Positions 1 to 12,005 of a stretch of DNA of 64,000 bases are shown here, one piece after another; position 1 is the first letter of the stretch; each line of letters opens with the position of its first letter. The DNA is from Eledone cirrhosa. Taxonomy: Eukaryota. A program made the translations under genes and the position numbers. The stretch covers positions 104,718,001 through 104,782,000 of the forward strand of contig OZ024744.1 of the NCBI GenBank assembly GCA_964016885.1, written 5' to 3'. Below the pieces are notes generated by a model. It saw only the letters and a program-made list of their open reading frames with translations, was not told the origin of the DNA and did no database searches.

Positions 1-178
1 CTACTGCAAAGTGGTCGTGGAGGTGCCACGGCAAAAAAGCACCCAGCACTCACTGTAAATGAGGTTGGTGTTAGGAAGGGCATCCAGCTGTAGAAATCAA
101 GCCAGTATCAGTTCCCGTCCCACCCTTGCAAGCAGGGAAAAGTGGACGTAAAATGAAATGATGAAATGATGATGATGA
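1..178 (+). mobile_element. 3' half of tRNA/CORE-type SINE (OR-like) with RTE-derived tail and (TGA)n end
   Basis: Near-identical to the inverted copies at 9001-9348 and 60903-61117; ends CCCGTCCCACCCTTGCAAGCAGGGAAAAGTGGACGTAAAATGA(TGA)n. Confidence 0.8.
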
Positions 179-539
179 TATATATATATATATATATACC
201 ACAACTTCACCCACCACCTATGTCCCCTTCAGATCCACTCCTTAACTACTGCACCCTAGTAGCTACTCTCTCTATCTCTTGCTTAGCTTCCACCCCATCC
301 ACCCCTTACCCCATCACCTATCTCTCCACCACCACACCACTCTCTATCCAGCACATCCCCACTCCCTGTACACTAGCCAGTTAGCCCCTACCTCCTGCCT
401 ACATCTCCACCACACCCCATCTCCACCATATTCACCTCATCCCTCACACCACTGCAACCTCATACACTAATCAGCCACCTTTACCCTTTACTTATTGCCC
501 TGCCAAATCACCACAAACACCTATAACTTAATACCTATC

Positions 540-815
540 TCCCTCCCCTAATCCCCCCTCCCCAGAGTTGAGAGGGCTCTATAGTTGGGTCTATGACCAA
601 CAACCTCTCTAGTGATGGTGCCACAAAAATACACCCGGTACACTCCGTAAGGTTGGTTGGTAACAGGAAGGGCACCCCGCTATAGAAACTGTGCCTAAAA
701 ATGTTCAGAGGACCCTTCAGCTGTGTCAAAGACTCAGCAACCTCTCTAGTGTTGGTGATCAATACAATAAATGCACTCAATACATGCTATATAGAGGTTG
801 GTGGTAGAAAAAGAA
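540..815 (+). repeat. Dispersed SINE/RTE-3'UTR-related repeat
   Basis: CTCTCTAGTG(A/T)TGGTG...AGGAAGGGCA motifs; inverted relatives at about 12090-12420 and 25240-25450. Confidence 0.55.
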
Positions 816-1499
816 TCTCAGGATAATGGATAGCACTGTCGCAGTCAACAACATTGTCAATAGATTTATAGATCTGGCTACCTCCAGGGATCATTTGTAA
901 AAGATTTTGTTGATAGCCTCATGTTCTGAGAAGGGGGGGGGGGGTGCAAGGTTTGCTCTTTCACACATTGGAGAACACTTAATTAACTAAGCTTACAATG
1001 CACAACAGTACAAAATGATGAAGGATCAAAACATCCTTCAGTGTCAAGGGATTGCATCTCTATAAATTTAAACGGCTGAGAAGTGCTTATCTATAACTCC
1101 ATGTGTCTCTCTCCCTTCTCGCCTCTGTTAATCCCACGGTAGAAATCAAGGGACCCCCCTCCCCCATCCCTTTTCTGGAAAAGAAGGCAATTGCAAGGAT
1201 GTCAGAGGTCAGAAAACAAAAATTTCTTCACAATCTCCAGCGGGTGATTTTCTATAAATTTAAATGGTTAAGAAGTCCTTATTTGTTACCCTGAGGGTCC
1301 CCCTCACTCCATGTTTTCGTTTACGGAAAAAAAGTCATTGGTGAGTGAATCAGATGTCAGATTATTTAAAAACAAAGGAAAAAAACCTAGAAAAGAAAAA
1401 AACTCCCACAGAAGAAATTTCCGAGGATCGTAAAATCCGAGGGCCACCCATTTTGTTTTCGGACAGAAAAAAAAATCGATTGTGAGCATGTCTGAGGTC

Positions 1500-2625
1500 A
1501 TATTAGCCGAAAAGAGGTAGTCATGGTTCTAGGACAGCATTCTTTACCATATGAGATGTAATCTGGTGTACCACAGGGATCTGTTCTTGGTCTCCTTTTG
1601 TTTGTTGCAAACATTAATGACATAGATGCCAACTTAAAGAATGCCACAGTACTGAAATATGCAGATGACATCAAGCTGTACCTTGAAATCAAAAGGACAG
1701 ATCCTGAAATCTATAACTCTTTCCTACAATCAGACCTGGACACAATGCAGCAATGGATCACAGACTGGCAACTGAAGCTGACTGTGGACAAGTGTACCAC
1801 CATGCATTTTGGGATGAAAAATCCAGCGTCCAGATACTCCCTCCACAACACTGATATCAAGAAGACCTCTTGTGAACGTGACCTGGGCATTAGTCAGCAG
1901 CATTGTGCGTTGGACAAAGCATGTCTCTAAGATTGTCAAGAAGGCTGAGGGTGTCTTGGCATCACTCAGCAAGACCTTTGTTAGCCGCTCTCCAGCCATC
2001 TATTTAAAGCTGTATACAGCTATGATACGACCACACTTGGAATTCGCATCATCAGTCTGGAACCCCTATCTTGCTCAGAACATTGACCTCCTGGAAACTG
2101 TTCAGAGACGTGCAACCAAACGCATACCCTCCATCAGGCACCTACCATACTCTGAACGCCTTGCTTCCCTGGGCATTGAAGCTCCGACGTCTGGCAATGG
2201 ACTTGGTAAACACCAACAAAGTTATTAACCATTTTGCCAACAACAACCCTGAGCACCTTTTTGATCTCCATGTGTCTAACACACGTGGACATGCCTACAA
2301 AGTCAGAAAACAGCACAGCTCCCATGACTTTCTGAAACATTTTTTCACGCTTAGAGTTGCTGAAGCATGGAACAAACTGCCTGCGTCAGTTGTTAGCTGC
2401 TGAGACACTGCATCCTTTAAAACCCTCATGCTTCCCGAAATTCGCCAAAACTACACCTGATGTCCCCCTTCCACACACATGCACACGTGTATATCATGAC
2501 TCATGCACTGTTCATTTTCCTGACGTTTGTTCATTACCCTATGTACTATACATACACTTTTGATGAGTTGTAGTGCACCTGTGCACTGTACACAATATTT
2601 TCATTATTATTATTATTATTATATT
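1500..2625 (+). mobile_element. 5'-truncated CR1-clade LINE (RT C-terminal half and 3'UTR), frameshifted
   Basis: VPQGSVLG, KYADD, CERDLGI, IRPHLEFASSVWNPY, LETVQRRATK, NTRGH, FFTLRVAEAWNKLP across ORFs 1598-2403; (ATT)n tail. Confidence 0.9.
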
Positions 2626-2626
2626 A

Positions 2627-2815
2627 GGGCGGTGAATTGGCAGTATCGGTAGAGGGTCGGACATGCTTCCAGCGTAGATACGTCCCTTTACGATCTGAGT
2701 TCAAATCCCACCGAGGTTAACTTTGCCTTTCATCCTTACGGGGTCGATAAAATAAAGTACCAGTAATGTACTGGGGTAATTGCTGGCCTTGTGCCAAAAG
2801 TAGAAACAATTATTA
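2627..2815 (+). mobile_element. tRNA-derived SINE (octopus OK-like family)
   Basis: A-box-like TGGCAGTATCGG, B-box GAGTTCAAATCC, central GCCTTTCATCCTTACGGGGTCGATAAAATAAAGTACCAG, tail AGTAGAAACAATTATT; more than 12 copies in the window. Confidence 0.85.
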
Positions 2816-3294
2816 TATTAGCTATAAGCACACGAAAGACCTTAACTATTACCAATTTTATTTAGTGTTATTAGCAGTCAACGTACAAACAAACCTCCTT
2901 TTTTAAAGATATATATAGATGATGGACAAACAGATAGTATCTGCACGCTAGAAAGAGCAGCAAAATTCCCCCCCCCCTCCACACGCACACACACTACACT
3001 TGCTCCCTCCATTCCGTTTTCGAAAAATAAGTCAACAGCAATCTTATAGGGGGTCAGATTAGATAAAAACACATGAAAAACCTGAATTATTATCAATTTT
3101 ATTTAGTGTTATTAGTGTTCAATGTACAAACAAACTTCCTTTTTTATAAGGATATAGATAGTTTTTATTATTATTTGCCTTTCATATTTTTGGGGTCAAT
3201 AAAATAAAGTACCAGTAACGCACTGGGATTAATTTAATTAACTTTCCCCTCTCCCAAATTACTGGCCTTGTTCCTATATTAGAAATCATTATTA

Positions 3295-3503
3295 GGGCCG
3301 TGGATTGACAGTATCGGTAGAACGTCGGTCAACATCCTAGGCATAGAGTTATGGCCCTTTACCATATGGGTTCAAATCCCGCTGAGGTTTGCATTGCCTT
3401 TCATTGTTATGAGGTTGATAAAATAAAAAACCAGTAATGCATTGGGGTTGACTTGTCCCTCCCCCAAACATCGTTGGTCTTGTACCTAAAGTAGAAACAA
3501 TTA
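3295..3503 (+). mobile_element. OK-like SINE, diverged
   Basis: Same head, B-box and tail as 2627-2815; a partial copy precedes it at about 3176-3290. Confidence 0.75.
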
Positions 3504-3996
3504 TCTATATATATAAAACTGAGGATGTCTGTGAGTTTAAATCCCTAAAAAACGAGAAGTACTCAACTGCGTTTTTTAAGCTTTTTAGGGGTTTTTTGAG
3601 TCGTTACGTCAGACTGATTTCCTTGAAATTGTAACTATGTATTAGTCAGTCTTTTCTTCATACCGTAAGCAAAGAAAATCCAACTTTCTTATGGCCTAGG
3701 GCCCGCATTAGGTGAGAAACTTCATTTTTTCAGCTTTTTAGGGCTTTTTTTAGGCGTATTATGCATATTATGCACATAAAAAAATTCATTTTCTTGATCC
3801 CCTAGGGCCCACATTAGGTGAAAACCTGCATTTTTCCTGCTTCATCGAGGAAAATCTTAAAGATTATCCAGCCATCAGAGTATTCGATTTATTTTCTTTA
3901 CATATTGTCCAGGCATGCAGTTTTTCCACGATAGGTCTGTTGGCGGCCCGCGTTCCAAAATACCTTATCCCGTGCAACGCCGGGTACCACTGCTAG
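3504..3996 (+). mobile_element. Non-autonomous Helitron
   Basis: A|TC start, 3' hairpin CCCGTGCAACGCCGGG followed by CTAG|T, no TSD; second copy at 8318-8958. Confidence 0.85.
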
Positions 3997-4353
3997 TTAT
4001 TATTATTTTTGAGTTCTATACTTGCCGAGGCTGGCTATCCCTTTCATCCTTACGGGGTCAATGGGGGAGAACACAAACGATGCACAGAGGTCGGTTCAAT
4101 CGATCTCCCCCCCCCCCCAATGATCATTGGTTTTGTGTCTAAATCGGAAACCATTATTATTATAAATATTAGGACAACCAAGGAATAACACCACCACCTC
4201 ACCTTCTCCCATATTTCATATTTCACTCCCACTGCCCTTTGTTCCATATTCCTCATGTGGGATCTGGTCCCATTTCAGTTGTGGCCTGTATAGAAGAATA
4301 TAATATATATGCATGTGTGCGCAGAGATGCCTCAGTGTGTCTATGTGGGCGGG

Positions 4354-4357
<4 letters not shown>

Positions 4358-4387
<30 letters not shown>

Positions 4388-5205
4388 TTTACGTCTGCTT
4401 TTCCCTGCTTGCAACTCTCCACTTGTCATGGTCCTTTGTCATCTCCTCTGTGAGTTTCAGTGATCTGAGGTCCACTCTCACCACCTCCGCCCATGATTTT
4501 CGTGGTCTTCCTCTACTGCATCTTCCTTCCACTGGGATTTCTTGGCACTTCTTCACTCAGTGGTCATCCTCCATGCACATCACATGTCCATACCATCTCA
4601 GTCTTCTCTCCCGCACACTACAGTTAATCTCTTATACACAGTTTCTCTCTCAACTCCTCTATGCTTGGTTGTTCCCTCACATTGACATTGCACATCCAAC
4701 GGAGCATGCTGGGTTCATTTCTCACCAGCCTTCACATATCCTCTGCAGTTGCTGTCCATGTCTCACTATCATGCAGCATCGCACACCTCACACAGGCATC
4801 ATATAATGGGCCTTTCGTTCATAGGGAGAAACCCTTCATTGTCAACAGAGGAAGCAGCCCCCTAAACTTCTTCCATCTTGTCCTTATTCTAGATACTATG
4901 GCCTCGGAGCACCCTCCTCCTTTGCTAATCTGATCTAGATATTGGAAGCTATCAACCACCTCTATAGATCCTACCTGTGTTTGTAAAATGACACTTCTAC
5001 TATCAATTTTCCCTGAACATCTACTATATATGAAGTTTTCCTTTCTTGTTAGTTTGCCTGCTAACCCACTACACCTCTTGTGTACCCAAGGTCTGCATTG
5101 AGTACATTCTGTAGAATTTATGCCAACTCCTTTTCTACATATCGAGCATGGCCATTTCCTTGATGGAATCAGAGTTTTGTCTTCTTTCCTACTTATCAAT
5201 ACTTT
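4358..5205 (-). mobile_element. RTE-clade LINE 3' fragment with C-terminal Cys cluster and (GAT)n tail
   Basis: WPCSICRKGVG..CTQCRPWVHKRCSG, RIRTRWKKFRGLLPLL; homologous to 46528-47068. Confidence 0.8.
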
Positions 5206-5428
5206 AGTGTTGTTGCTGTTTATTTGTGTGTATATGTGTGTCCATGTGTATGAGCATCTGTGTGTTAATCTAAGAGAACTCTAACGACCTGGGTCACAGC
5301 AAAGAATGACTTGCATTACTGTAATTGGTAGGCTGGCTTGAAAACTATTGTAGCAAAACAACCACCACCACCCTGCCTAACATACATAAAGCTGTCCCTG
5401 AGTTTGTATGGCTAAGTACACAGATGTA

Positions 5429-5604
5429 CGAGGGCAATCCCAAAAGTAAGGTCTCCTTCCGATATTGCAACTTTTCCGTTAAAATCCTGTGGATGGTGCT
5501 TCGGGAAACCTCAGGAACCAAAATGCTGAGAGCACCCAGAGTGATCCGCCGATCTTTACGCATGTTTTCCTCGGAAGGAGACCTTACTTTTGGGATTGCC
5601 CTCA
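5429..5604. mobile_element. Mariner-derived MITE (about 176 bp)
   Basis: TIRs CGAGGGCAATCCCAAAAGTAAGGTCTCC / GGAGACCTTACTTTTGGGATTGCCCTCA with TA flanks; internal mariner HTH remnant DRRITL..VSRSTIHRILTEKL on the minus strand. Confidence 0.8.
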
Positions 5605-5606
5605 TA

Positions 5607-5822
5607 TATAATAACTGCATGAAATTCGCATTTGGAGGTAGCGTTCAATAGGAGCTCCATTCTCAACGGCTGCCAAGCCAAGATTGAGCATCCCAGTGAA
5701 GTGCGCGCATGCTTGTTTGGGAGTGAAGGAAGCACCAATCACAACAGTGTTGCCAACAACTGTACAAACAGTTTCTCTGCGTCCCCATCGCTTTGGAGAC
5801 CTTACTTTTGGGATTACCCTCG
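5607..5822 (-). mobile_element. 5' end fragment of the same mariner family
   Basis: Third TIR copy at about 5795-5822 followed by TA; minus strand reads MELLLNATSKCEFHAVI, like a mariner transposase N-terminus. Confidence 0.7.
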
Positions 5823-5862
5823 TATATATATATAAACGCATGTGTATATGTGTGTGTGTGAG

Positions 5863-5902
<40 letters not shown>

Positions 5903-6406
5903 AATATGTATGTGAGCAAGACATGGTCACCTGACCTGGAATTGCTCACAACAGGATAACTCATCTAGCCCTTGCCAATGTGGAAACATGGACATTAAAC
6001 AGTGGTGTTGATGATATATATATATATTATATATTATATATATATTGCGCTATGGATCCGCTGTGTGAAGGGTTCAGCGCAGCCAACTGGCCTGTCCCTC
6101 CACATAGTGGTGCCATCCAGTACCAGGCTCCAAAACTATGGTTTTGCTATGAGATGGGTCTGGCATGGCCAACAGGCCTGCCCCTCCTCATAACAGTGCC
6201 ATCCAGTTCCACACTGTAAATACGGTTGGTGTTAAGAAGGGCATCCAGCTGTAAAATCTCCAGCCAAATTTACAGTCCTCTTAGGAGAAAGGTACAGCAT
6301 GGCTAACTCTGGTCAGACTTGTCTCCCAACATGAACGACCCATCTAACCCATGCAAGCATGGAAAAATGAATGCTAGATGATGATGATGATGATGATGAT
6401 GATACA

Positions 6407-7656
6407 CACAGTATAACAGGTAAATTGGGACAAGTTTCAATTGAATATATTTCTAATTGTATAGATTTTGTTGGAGTTTAAATTTTAAATATTACCAGCT
6501 TAAATAATCATTTATTCATAATTTATTCAATCTGAGATAAAAAATAGTTTGTTAATAAAGAATTAAACCGTAGAATTGTAATTGCTGAATTATTCTGTGC
6601 CGGCAAAAGTGCTGCGGAGATTGTTAGAGGTACAAAGTCTGCCAAATCTACCATTTTTAGATTGTAGCCAATTTGAAGAAAAGTCAGGATGTTCTGAGAA
6701 AGCCTCACATTCCTTGCAAGTGGCTGAAAACGTGCACCTAGCTTCTGAGCAGGAATTAAGAGATCAACTGAGTTTGATGGAAAAGTTAGCTCAATATCAA
6801 GGAATCAGTAAAATAACCATTTCTAGGGCTGTGAGACAAGACCTCCATATGAAATCATATGTGAGGAGACACCGGAACAGCCTAATTACCCACTCCAAAA
6901 CCATTCGAACTGAAAGATGTCCCAAACTTCTTAGTCAACTGAAACATCGTGGTGGAGACTTCAGCATCTTTGTGGATGAAAAGAAGTTTGTGGTAGATAA
7001 AGTTGCAAATTGTCAAAACTCTCGAGTGATAGCATACAACACTTCCCAAGTTTCTACATAGCAAGAATCCAGCTTCCATTTTGGTCTTTAGAGCTGTTGC
7101 AAGGGATGGGAAATTGATGCCTCCTCATTTTATTGCAGCAGGTCTTAAAAAAAATCAACACAGCAGAGTATCTCAAAATCTTAGAAGTTTTGTTGTCTTG
7201 GATTAGGAAGCATCATTATGATGCAAGTCGAGTCATGTTTGTACAGGACCCTGCACCCATTCTTTGAAAAGAGTGCAAGAATTTTTGAAGAATTTTTTAT
7301 GAAGGAATTGCCCATGATATCTGGCCCTCTAGCTCACCAAATTTGAATCCATGTGATTTTTTGGCTATGGAGCACAGTTGAAGCAGTATCCAATGTCACC
7401 TCTCACAACTTTTTATCTTCACTGAAGGCTTCCATCAAGCGAGCATTCAGTAAAATGGAAAAGGAAGAAATAGTTAAGGCATGCTCATCATTTCGTTAAC
7501 ATTGAAGTGGTAAAGAAATGAAACGGTGGTCACTTAGAACTGAAATAAGTGCTAAACACTACAATAAATTGGCATAAACATAAACTTTGCAGTGTTTGAT
7601 TTTTCCAATTATAATAAAAAATATTTAAATGGTCCCAATTTACCTGTTACACTCTG
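6407..7656 (+). mobile_element. Full-length decayed Tc1/mariner DNA transposon (maT/DD37D-like)
   Basis: TIRs CACAGTATAACAGGTAAATTGGGAC / GTCCCAATTTACCTGTTACACTCTG; transposase motifs FVDEKKF, FVQDPAP, WPSSSPNLNPCDF with stops and frameshifts. Confidence 0.85.
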
Positions 7657-7858
7657 CATGTATATATCATCATCATCATCATCATCATCATCGTTTAACG
7701 TCTATTTTCCATGCTAGCATGGGTTAGACAGGTTTGTCCCAATTAGAGGCAATTTGGATCAGGTGACCGTATCCTGCTCATATAGGACTGGTTCTGGCTT
7801 GATTTCTACAGCTGGATGCCCCTCCTAACACCAACCACATTTACAGTGTAAGACATTT

Positions 7859-8110
7859 ACACACACACACAAATATGTGCGTGTGCGTGAATGTGTGTGT
7901 GTGCGTGCACGCATATGTATGTGTAGGTGTGTATATATATATATATATATATACATACATGTGTATGTATGTATATATATTTTTTACACATATGTATGTG
8001 TGTGTGTGTATGTGTGGGTGTGTATATATACACATGCACATTTATTATTCTCGTGTGTGTATGTGCATATACGAACACACCTGTATGTATGTGTATGAGT
8101 GCATACATGG
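7859..8110. repeat. Compound (TG)n/(TA)n microsatellite
   Basis: Direct reading; source of spurious CVCV/YIYI ORFs. Confidence 0.9.
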
Positions 8111-8317
8111 ATGGGTAAGTGTCTCTTGGTGTGTGCACACGGATTGGTCAATATCCATATTTGGTGGTGTGTGTACATTGTCTAGTCCCACATACAGTTA
8201 GATGAGATTTTGGCTTCGTTTGATTAACGAGTCTGGTGAACAGATCATGTTGGAGTTGATTCTATAGCTTTTATATAGTTCTGAGCCACCTATCTGTGAA
8301 ACAGTCGTCACTGATTA

Positions 8318-8958
8318 TCTATATACATAAAACTGAGGATGTCTCTCTGTGTGTGTGAGTTTGAATCCCTAAAACTCGAGAAGTACCCAACCGACTTTTT
8401 TCAAACTTTACATGTGTATTACTTATGTTTCAGGGAGTGTTATGCACATAAAAAATTTCAACTTTTTGATCCCCTAGGGCCCGCGTTAGTTGAAAAACTG
8501 CGTTTTTTCAGGTTTTTAGGGGTTTTTTGAGTCGTTACGTCAGGCTGATTTCCTTGAAATTGTAACTATGTATTAGTCAGTCTCTTCTTCATACCGTGAG
8601 CAAAGAAAATCCAACTTTTTTATGGCCTAGGGCTAACATTAGGTGAAAAACTTCATTTTTTTTCAGCTTTTTTGAGGCGTTACATCTAGCCGATTTTCCC
8701 GAAATTTCAAGGCATGTTATGCACATAAAAATAGTTCATTTTCTTGATCCCCTAGGGCCCGCATTAGGTGAAAACCTGCATTTTTCCTGCTTCATCGAGG
8801 AAAATCTTAAAGATTATCCAGCCGTCAGAGTATTCGGTTTATTTTCTTTACATATTGTCCAGGCATGCAGTTTTTCCACGATTAGGTCTGTTGGCGGCCC
8901 GCGTTCCAAAATACCTTATCCCGTGCAACGTCAGGATAAGGTAGTGCAACCACTATAG
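8318..8958 (+). mobile_element. Non-autonomous Helitron, longer copy
   Basis: A|TCTATATACATAAAACTGAGGATGTC start; body homologous to 3504-3996 with CCCTAGGGCCC subrepeats; altered 3' hairpin. Confidence 0.8.
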
Positions 8959-9000
8959 TAATCAATAAAGACCTTAATGTGAAACCTCGCTTTGTTTTTA

Positions 9001-9348
9001 ATCATCATCATCATCATTTCATTTTACGTCCGCTTTTCCCTGCTTGCAATGGTGGGACGGGAACTGATTCTGGCTCGATTTCTACAGCTGGATGCCCTTC
9101 CTAACACCAACCTCATTTACAGTGAGTGCTGGGTGCTTTTTTTGCCGTGGCACCTCCACGACCACTTTGCAGTGGAATGATAGGGACCTCAGTCCCTATC
9201 ATCTCATTTCTACAGCTGAGTAAACTGGAGCAATGTGAAATAAAGTGTCTTGCTCAAGGAAACAACACATCACCTGGTCTGAGAATTGAACTCACAACCT
9301 TTCGATTGCAAGGCCAATGCTCTAACCACTAAGCCATGTGCCTCCATA
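9001..9348 (-). mobile_element. Full-length tRNA/CORE-type SINE (OR-like)
   Basis: Minus strand: tRNA-like head GGCACATGGCTTAGTGGTTAGAGC...GAGTTCAATTC, CORE-like CCTTGAGCAAGACACTTTA, one 48-bp module, RTE-type tail. Confidence 0.85.
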
Positions 9349-9394
9349 TATATATAATCATCATTGGTTAACGTCTATCTTTCACGATATATAT

Positions 9395-10256
9395 AAAAGT
9401 TCAGAGAGCTTATACCACTATTAGCCGCTAAAGGGTTCTCCCTAAGAATGAAAGGCAGGTTGTATGATGCCTGCATACGAACAGCAATGTTGCATGGCAG
9501 TGAGACCTGGGCATTGTGTGCAGAAGATATACGCAGACTAGAGAGGAACGAAGCTTGCATGCTCCGCTGGATGTGTAATAGTAACATACGTGAACGGCAA
9601 AGCATAAGCGAACTAAGGAAAAAATTAGAAATAAGAGGGATCAGATGTTGTTTACTCGAGAGAAGGCTACGTTGGTATGGTCACGTGATGCGCATGAAAG
9701 ACGACAGCTGTATAACAAAGTGCAGGGCGATAAAAATAGACGGTAGCTACGGAGTAGGCAGACCCAGAAAAACCTGGGACGAGCTGATAAATTCTGACCT
9801 CACACACTTACACCTCTCCAAGACAATGTCACTGGACCGAGACCTTTGGCGGTACTCAGTAATAGAGAAGACCCGCCTTACCTAAATACAAAGTAAAACC
9901 TACTACAGCCAGTAGGCATCTCTAACAAAATACACCCCCGTCCCACCACCCCCACCCCATCCACACCGCCCCTTCTATGTAAAGTTATGTTGGTGCCACA
10001 CCATCCAGGCCGAAACAAATGAGGTTGTGTAGGTGCCACGACAAAAAAACACACAGTCCACGCTGTAATGTGGCCGTGTAGGCAACACGGTAAAAACCTC
10101 CCAGACCCACACTGTAAATGTGATTGGTGTTAGGAAGGGCATCCAACTGTAGAAAACCCGCCAGACAGTCCTATGCGAGCAAGACAAACACTCTTGCCTC
10201 AAGTGGGAATACCCCCGCCCAAACCCATGCAAGCGTGGAACACGGACGTTAAACGT

Positions 10257-10287
<31 letters not shown>
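9395..10287 (+). mobile_element. RTE-clade LINE 3' fragment with long 3'UTR
   Basis: ORF 9448-9885 KGRLYDACIRTAMLHGSETW...RRLRWYGHV...GRPRKTW; the 3'UTR holds degenerate 48-bp modules, TTGGTGTTAGGAAGGGCATCC and (GAT)n. Confidence 0.85.
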
Positions 10288-10289
<2 letters not shown>

Positions 10290-10299
10290 ACATATACAC

Positions 10300-12005
10300 A
10301 TCTTCATCATCATCATTCCATGCTTGCATGGATTAGACGGGTTGTCACGTTATGAGACTAGTCAGGTCAGGAGACCATGTCAAGCTCATACAGAATTGTA
10401 TTTTGGCTAGGTTTCTACAGCTGGATGCACTTCCACATTTACTGTGAGACTGGTTGCTTGTTATCGTGGCATCAAAACGACTAACAGGATGGACTGGGTG
10501 CTTTTTGATGTGGCACCAGCACGACCACCTTAGAGGATGGACTGGGTGCTTTTTGTTGTGTCACAAGCATGACCACCTTACAGGATGGACTGGGTGCTTT
10601 TTGTTGTGTCACCAGCACGACCACCTTACAGGATGGACTGGGTGCGTTTTGTTATGTCACCAGCACGACCACCTTACAGGATGGACTGGATGCTTTTTGT
10701 TATGTCACCAACACGACCACCTTACAGGGTAAACTTAGTGCTTTTGTCATAGCAATGACATTGTGGGAGATCAGATATAGAGTATGTCCAGTTTTCATGT
10801 TTGTATGTGTGGGTTGGGCAGGTGAGGTGTATCAGAGGTGAGGGTTGGGAGGGGGAGGACAAGAAAGTAAGTTTGACATAGATGAAGTGCGTGGGATATT
10901 TAGCAGGTGAGGGCAGGGTATTAAGACTGGGGAGGGGTGAAGATAAGATTGGTGCAGACTAGTGAGTCCTCTACGTTTGTTTCACTTCATTTTGTGTACA
11001 TAGGAAAGTAGGTGTCCTACATTACAGCATGATACCAGAGATCTTGATCCTGTGTCATCTCCTTTAATAGGTTTAATTGTGCAAGGTCAGCTTTTATCAC
11101 TTCATCCCAAGTCTTCTTCCATAACTTCCATCAGCTTCCCACACCCTGCACCTTTCTATACAGCTGCCATCCTTCATACACATCACATGTCCATACCGCC
11201 ACAAACTCCTCTCCTGTACACTGCATCTGACCTTTCTTATGACAAGTTTCTCTCTCAGTTCATTGATACTTCACTGTTCATGTACATTACTATTACACAT
11301 CCACTGGAACATGCAAGCTTCATTTCTTTCCAATCTTTATGTGTCCTCTGCACACAATGCCCAGGTCTCACTACCATACAGCATTGCTATTTGTACACAG
11401 AATTCATGCAGTCTACCTTTCATTTTGAGGAAAAAACCTTTTGTAGTTAGTGGCAGGAGTAGCTCCCTGAACTTTTTCCATCCTGTTCTCCCTCTAGCTA
11501 CTGTACTTTCAGAACACCCACCTCCATTGTTAATTTGGACACCCAGGTAACAGAAGCTATCAACTACTTCTATTAGCCCTTTGAGCTAATATCCTGTGAG
11601 CTTTTGCTTATTACTGCTCCTGTGCATCAATCACATACAAAACATACATTCTTTGCTAGCCTGCCTGAGATCTGTGTACCCATAGCTTGCATTTGGGACA
11701 TAGGATGGAATTTCTACCTACTCTATTCCTACTCAATAAGAAAGGCCATTTCCCTGAGAGAATCTGGGCTCTGTTTTCCTTTTTACTTACTAGGACTTTA
11801 GTCTTTGACAAGTTAATTTTAATTCTAGGTCTTGCTTCCAGGTTTCAAATTCCTTCTCTAATTCTGCCATAGTTTTAGCTATGAGGATTAGATCATCTTC
11901 ATACAGTTCCCATGAGCAGCCAGTTTTAAACTCTTCTGTTATAAACTGCAGAATGATGATAAACAGGAGGTGGTTAAGGACAGTTATGGACACCAAAGTC
12001 TTCAC
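10300..12005 (-). mobile_element. RTE-clade LINE fragment (RT end to 3'UTR)
   Basis: FKTGCSWELYEDDL, Cys-cluster remnant and C-terminal motifs on the minus strand; 3'UTR with a 48-bp array. Confidence 0.75.
10478..10747. repeat. 48-bp tandem array (about 5-6 units) in an RTE 3'UTR
   Basis: Unit ACGACCACCTTACAGGATGGACTGGGTGCTTTTTGTTGTGTCACCAGC. Confidence 0.9.

Noticed and set aside
2627-2720. tRNA genes at SINE heads
   Set aside because: A/B-box-like motifs are present, but there is no proper cloverleaf and each head continues into a SINE body.
2854-3160. Short direct duplication (CAATTTTATTTAGTGTTATTAG...ACAAACAAAC)
   Set aside because: About 60 bp and diverged, with no TG/CA ends or TSD; it cannot be assigned.
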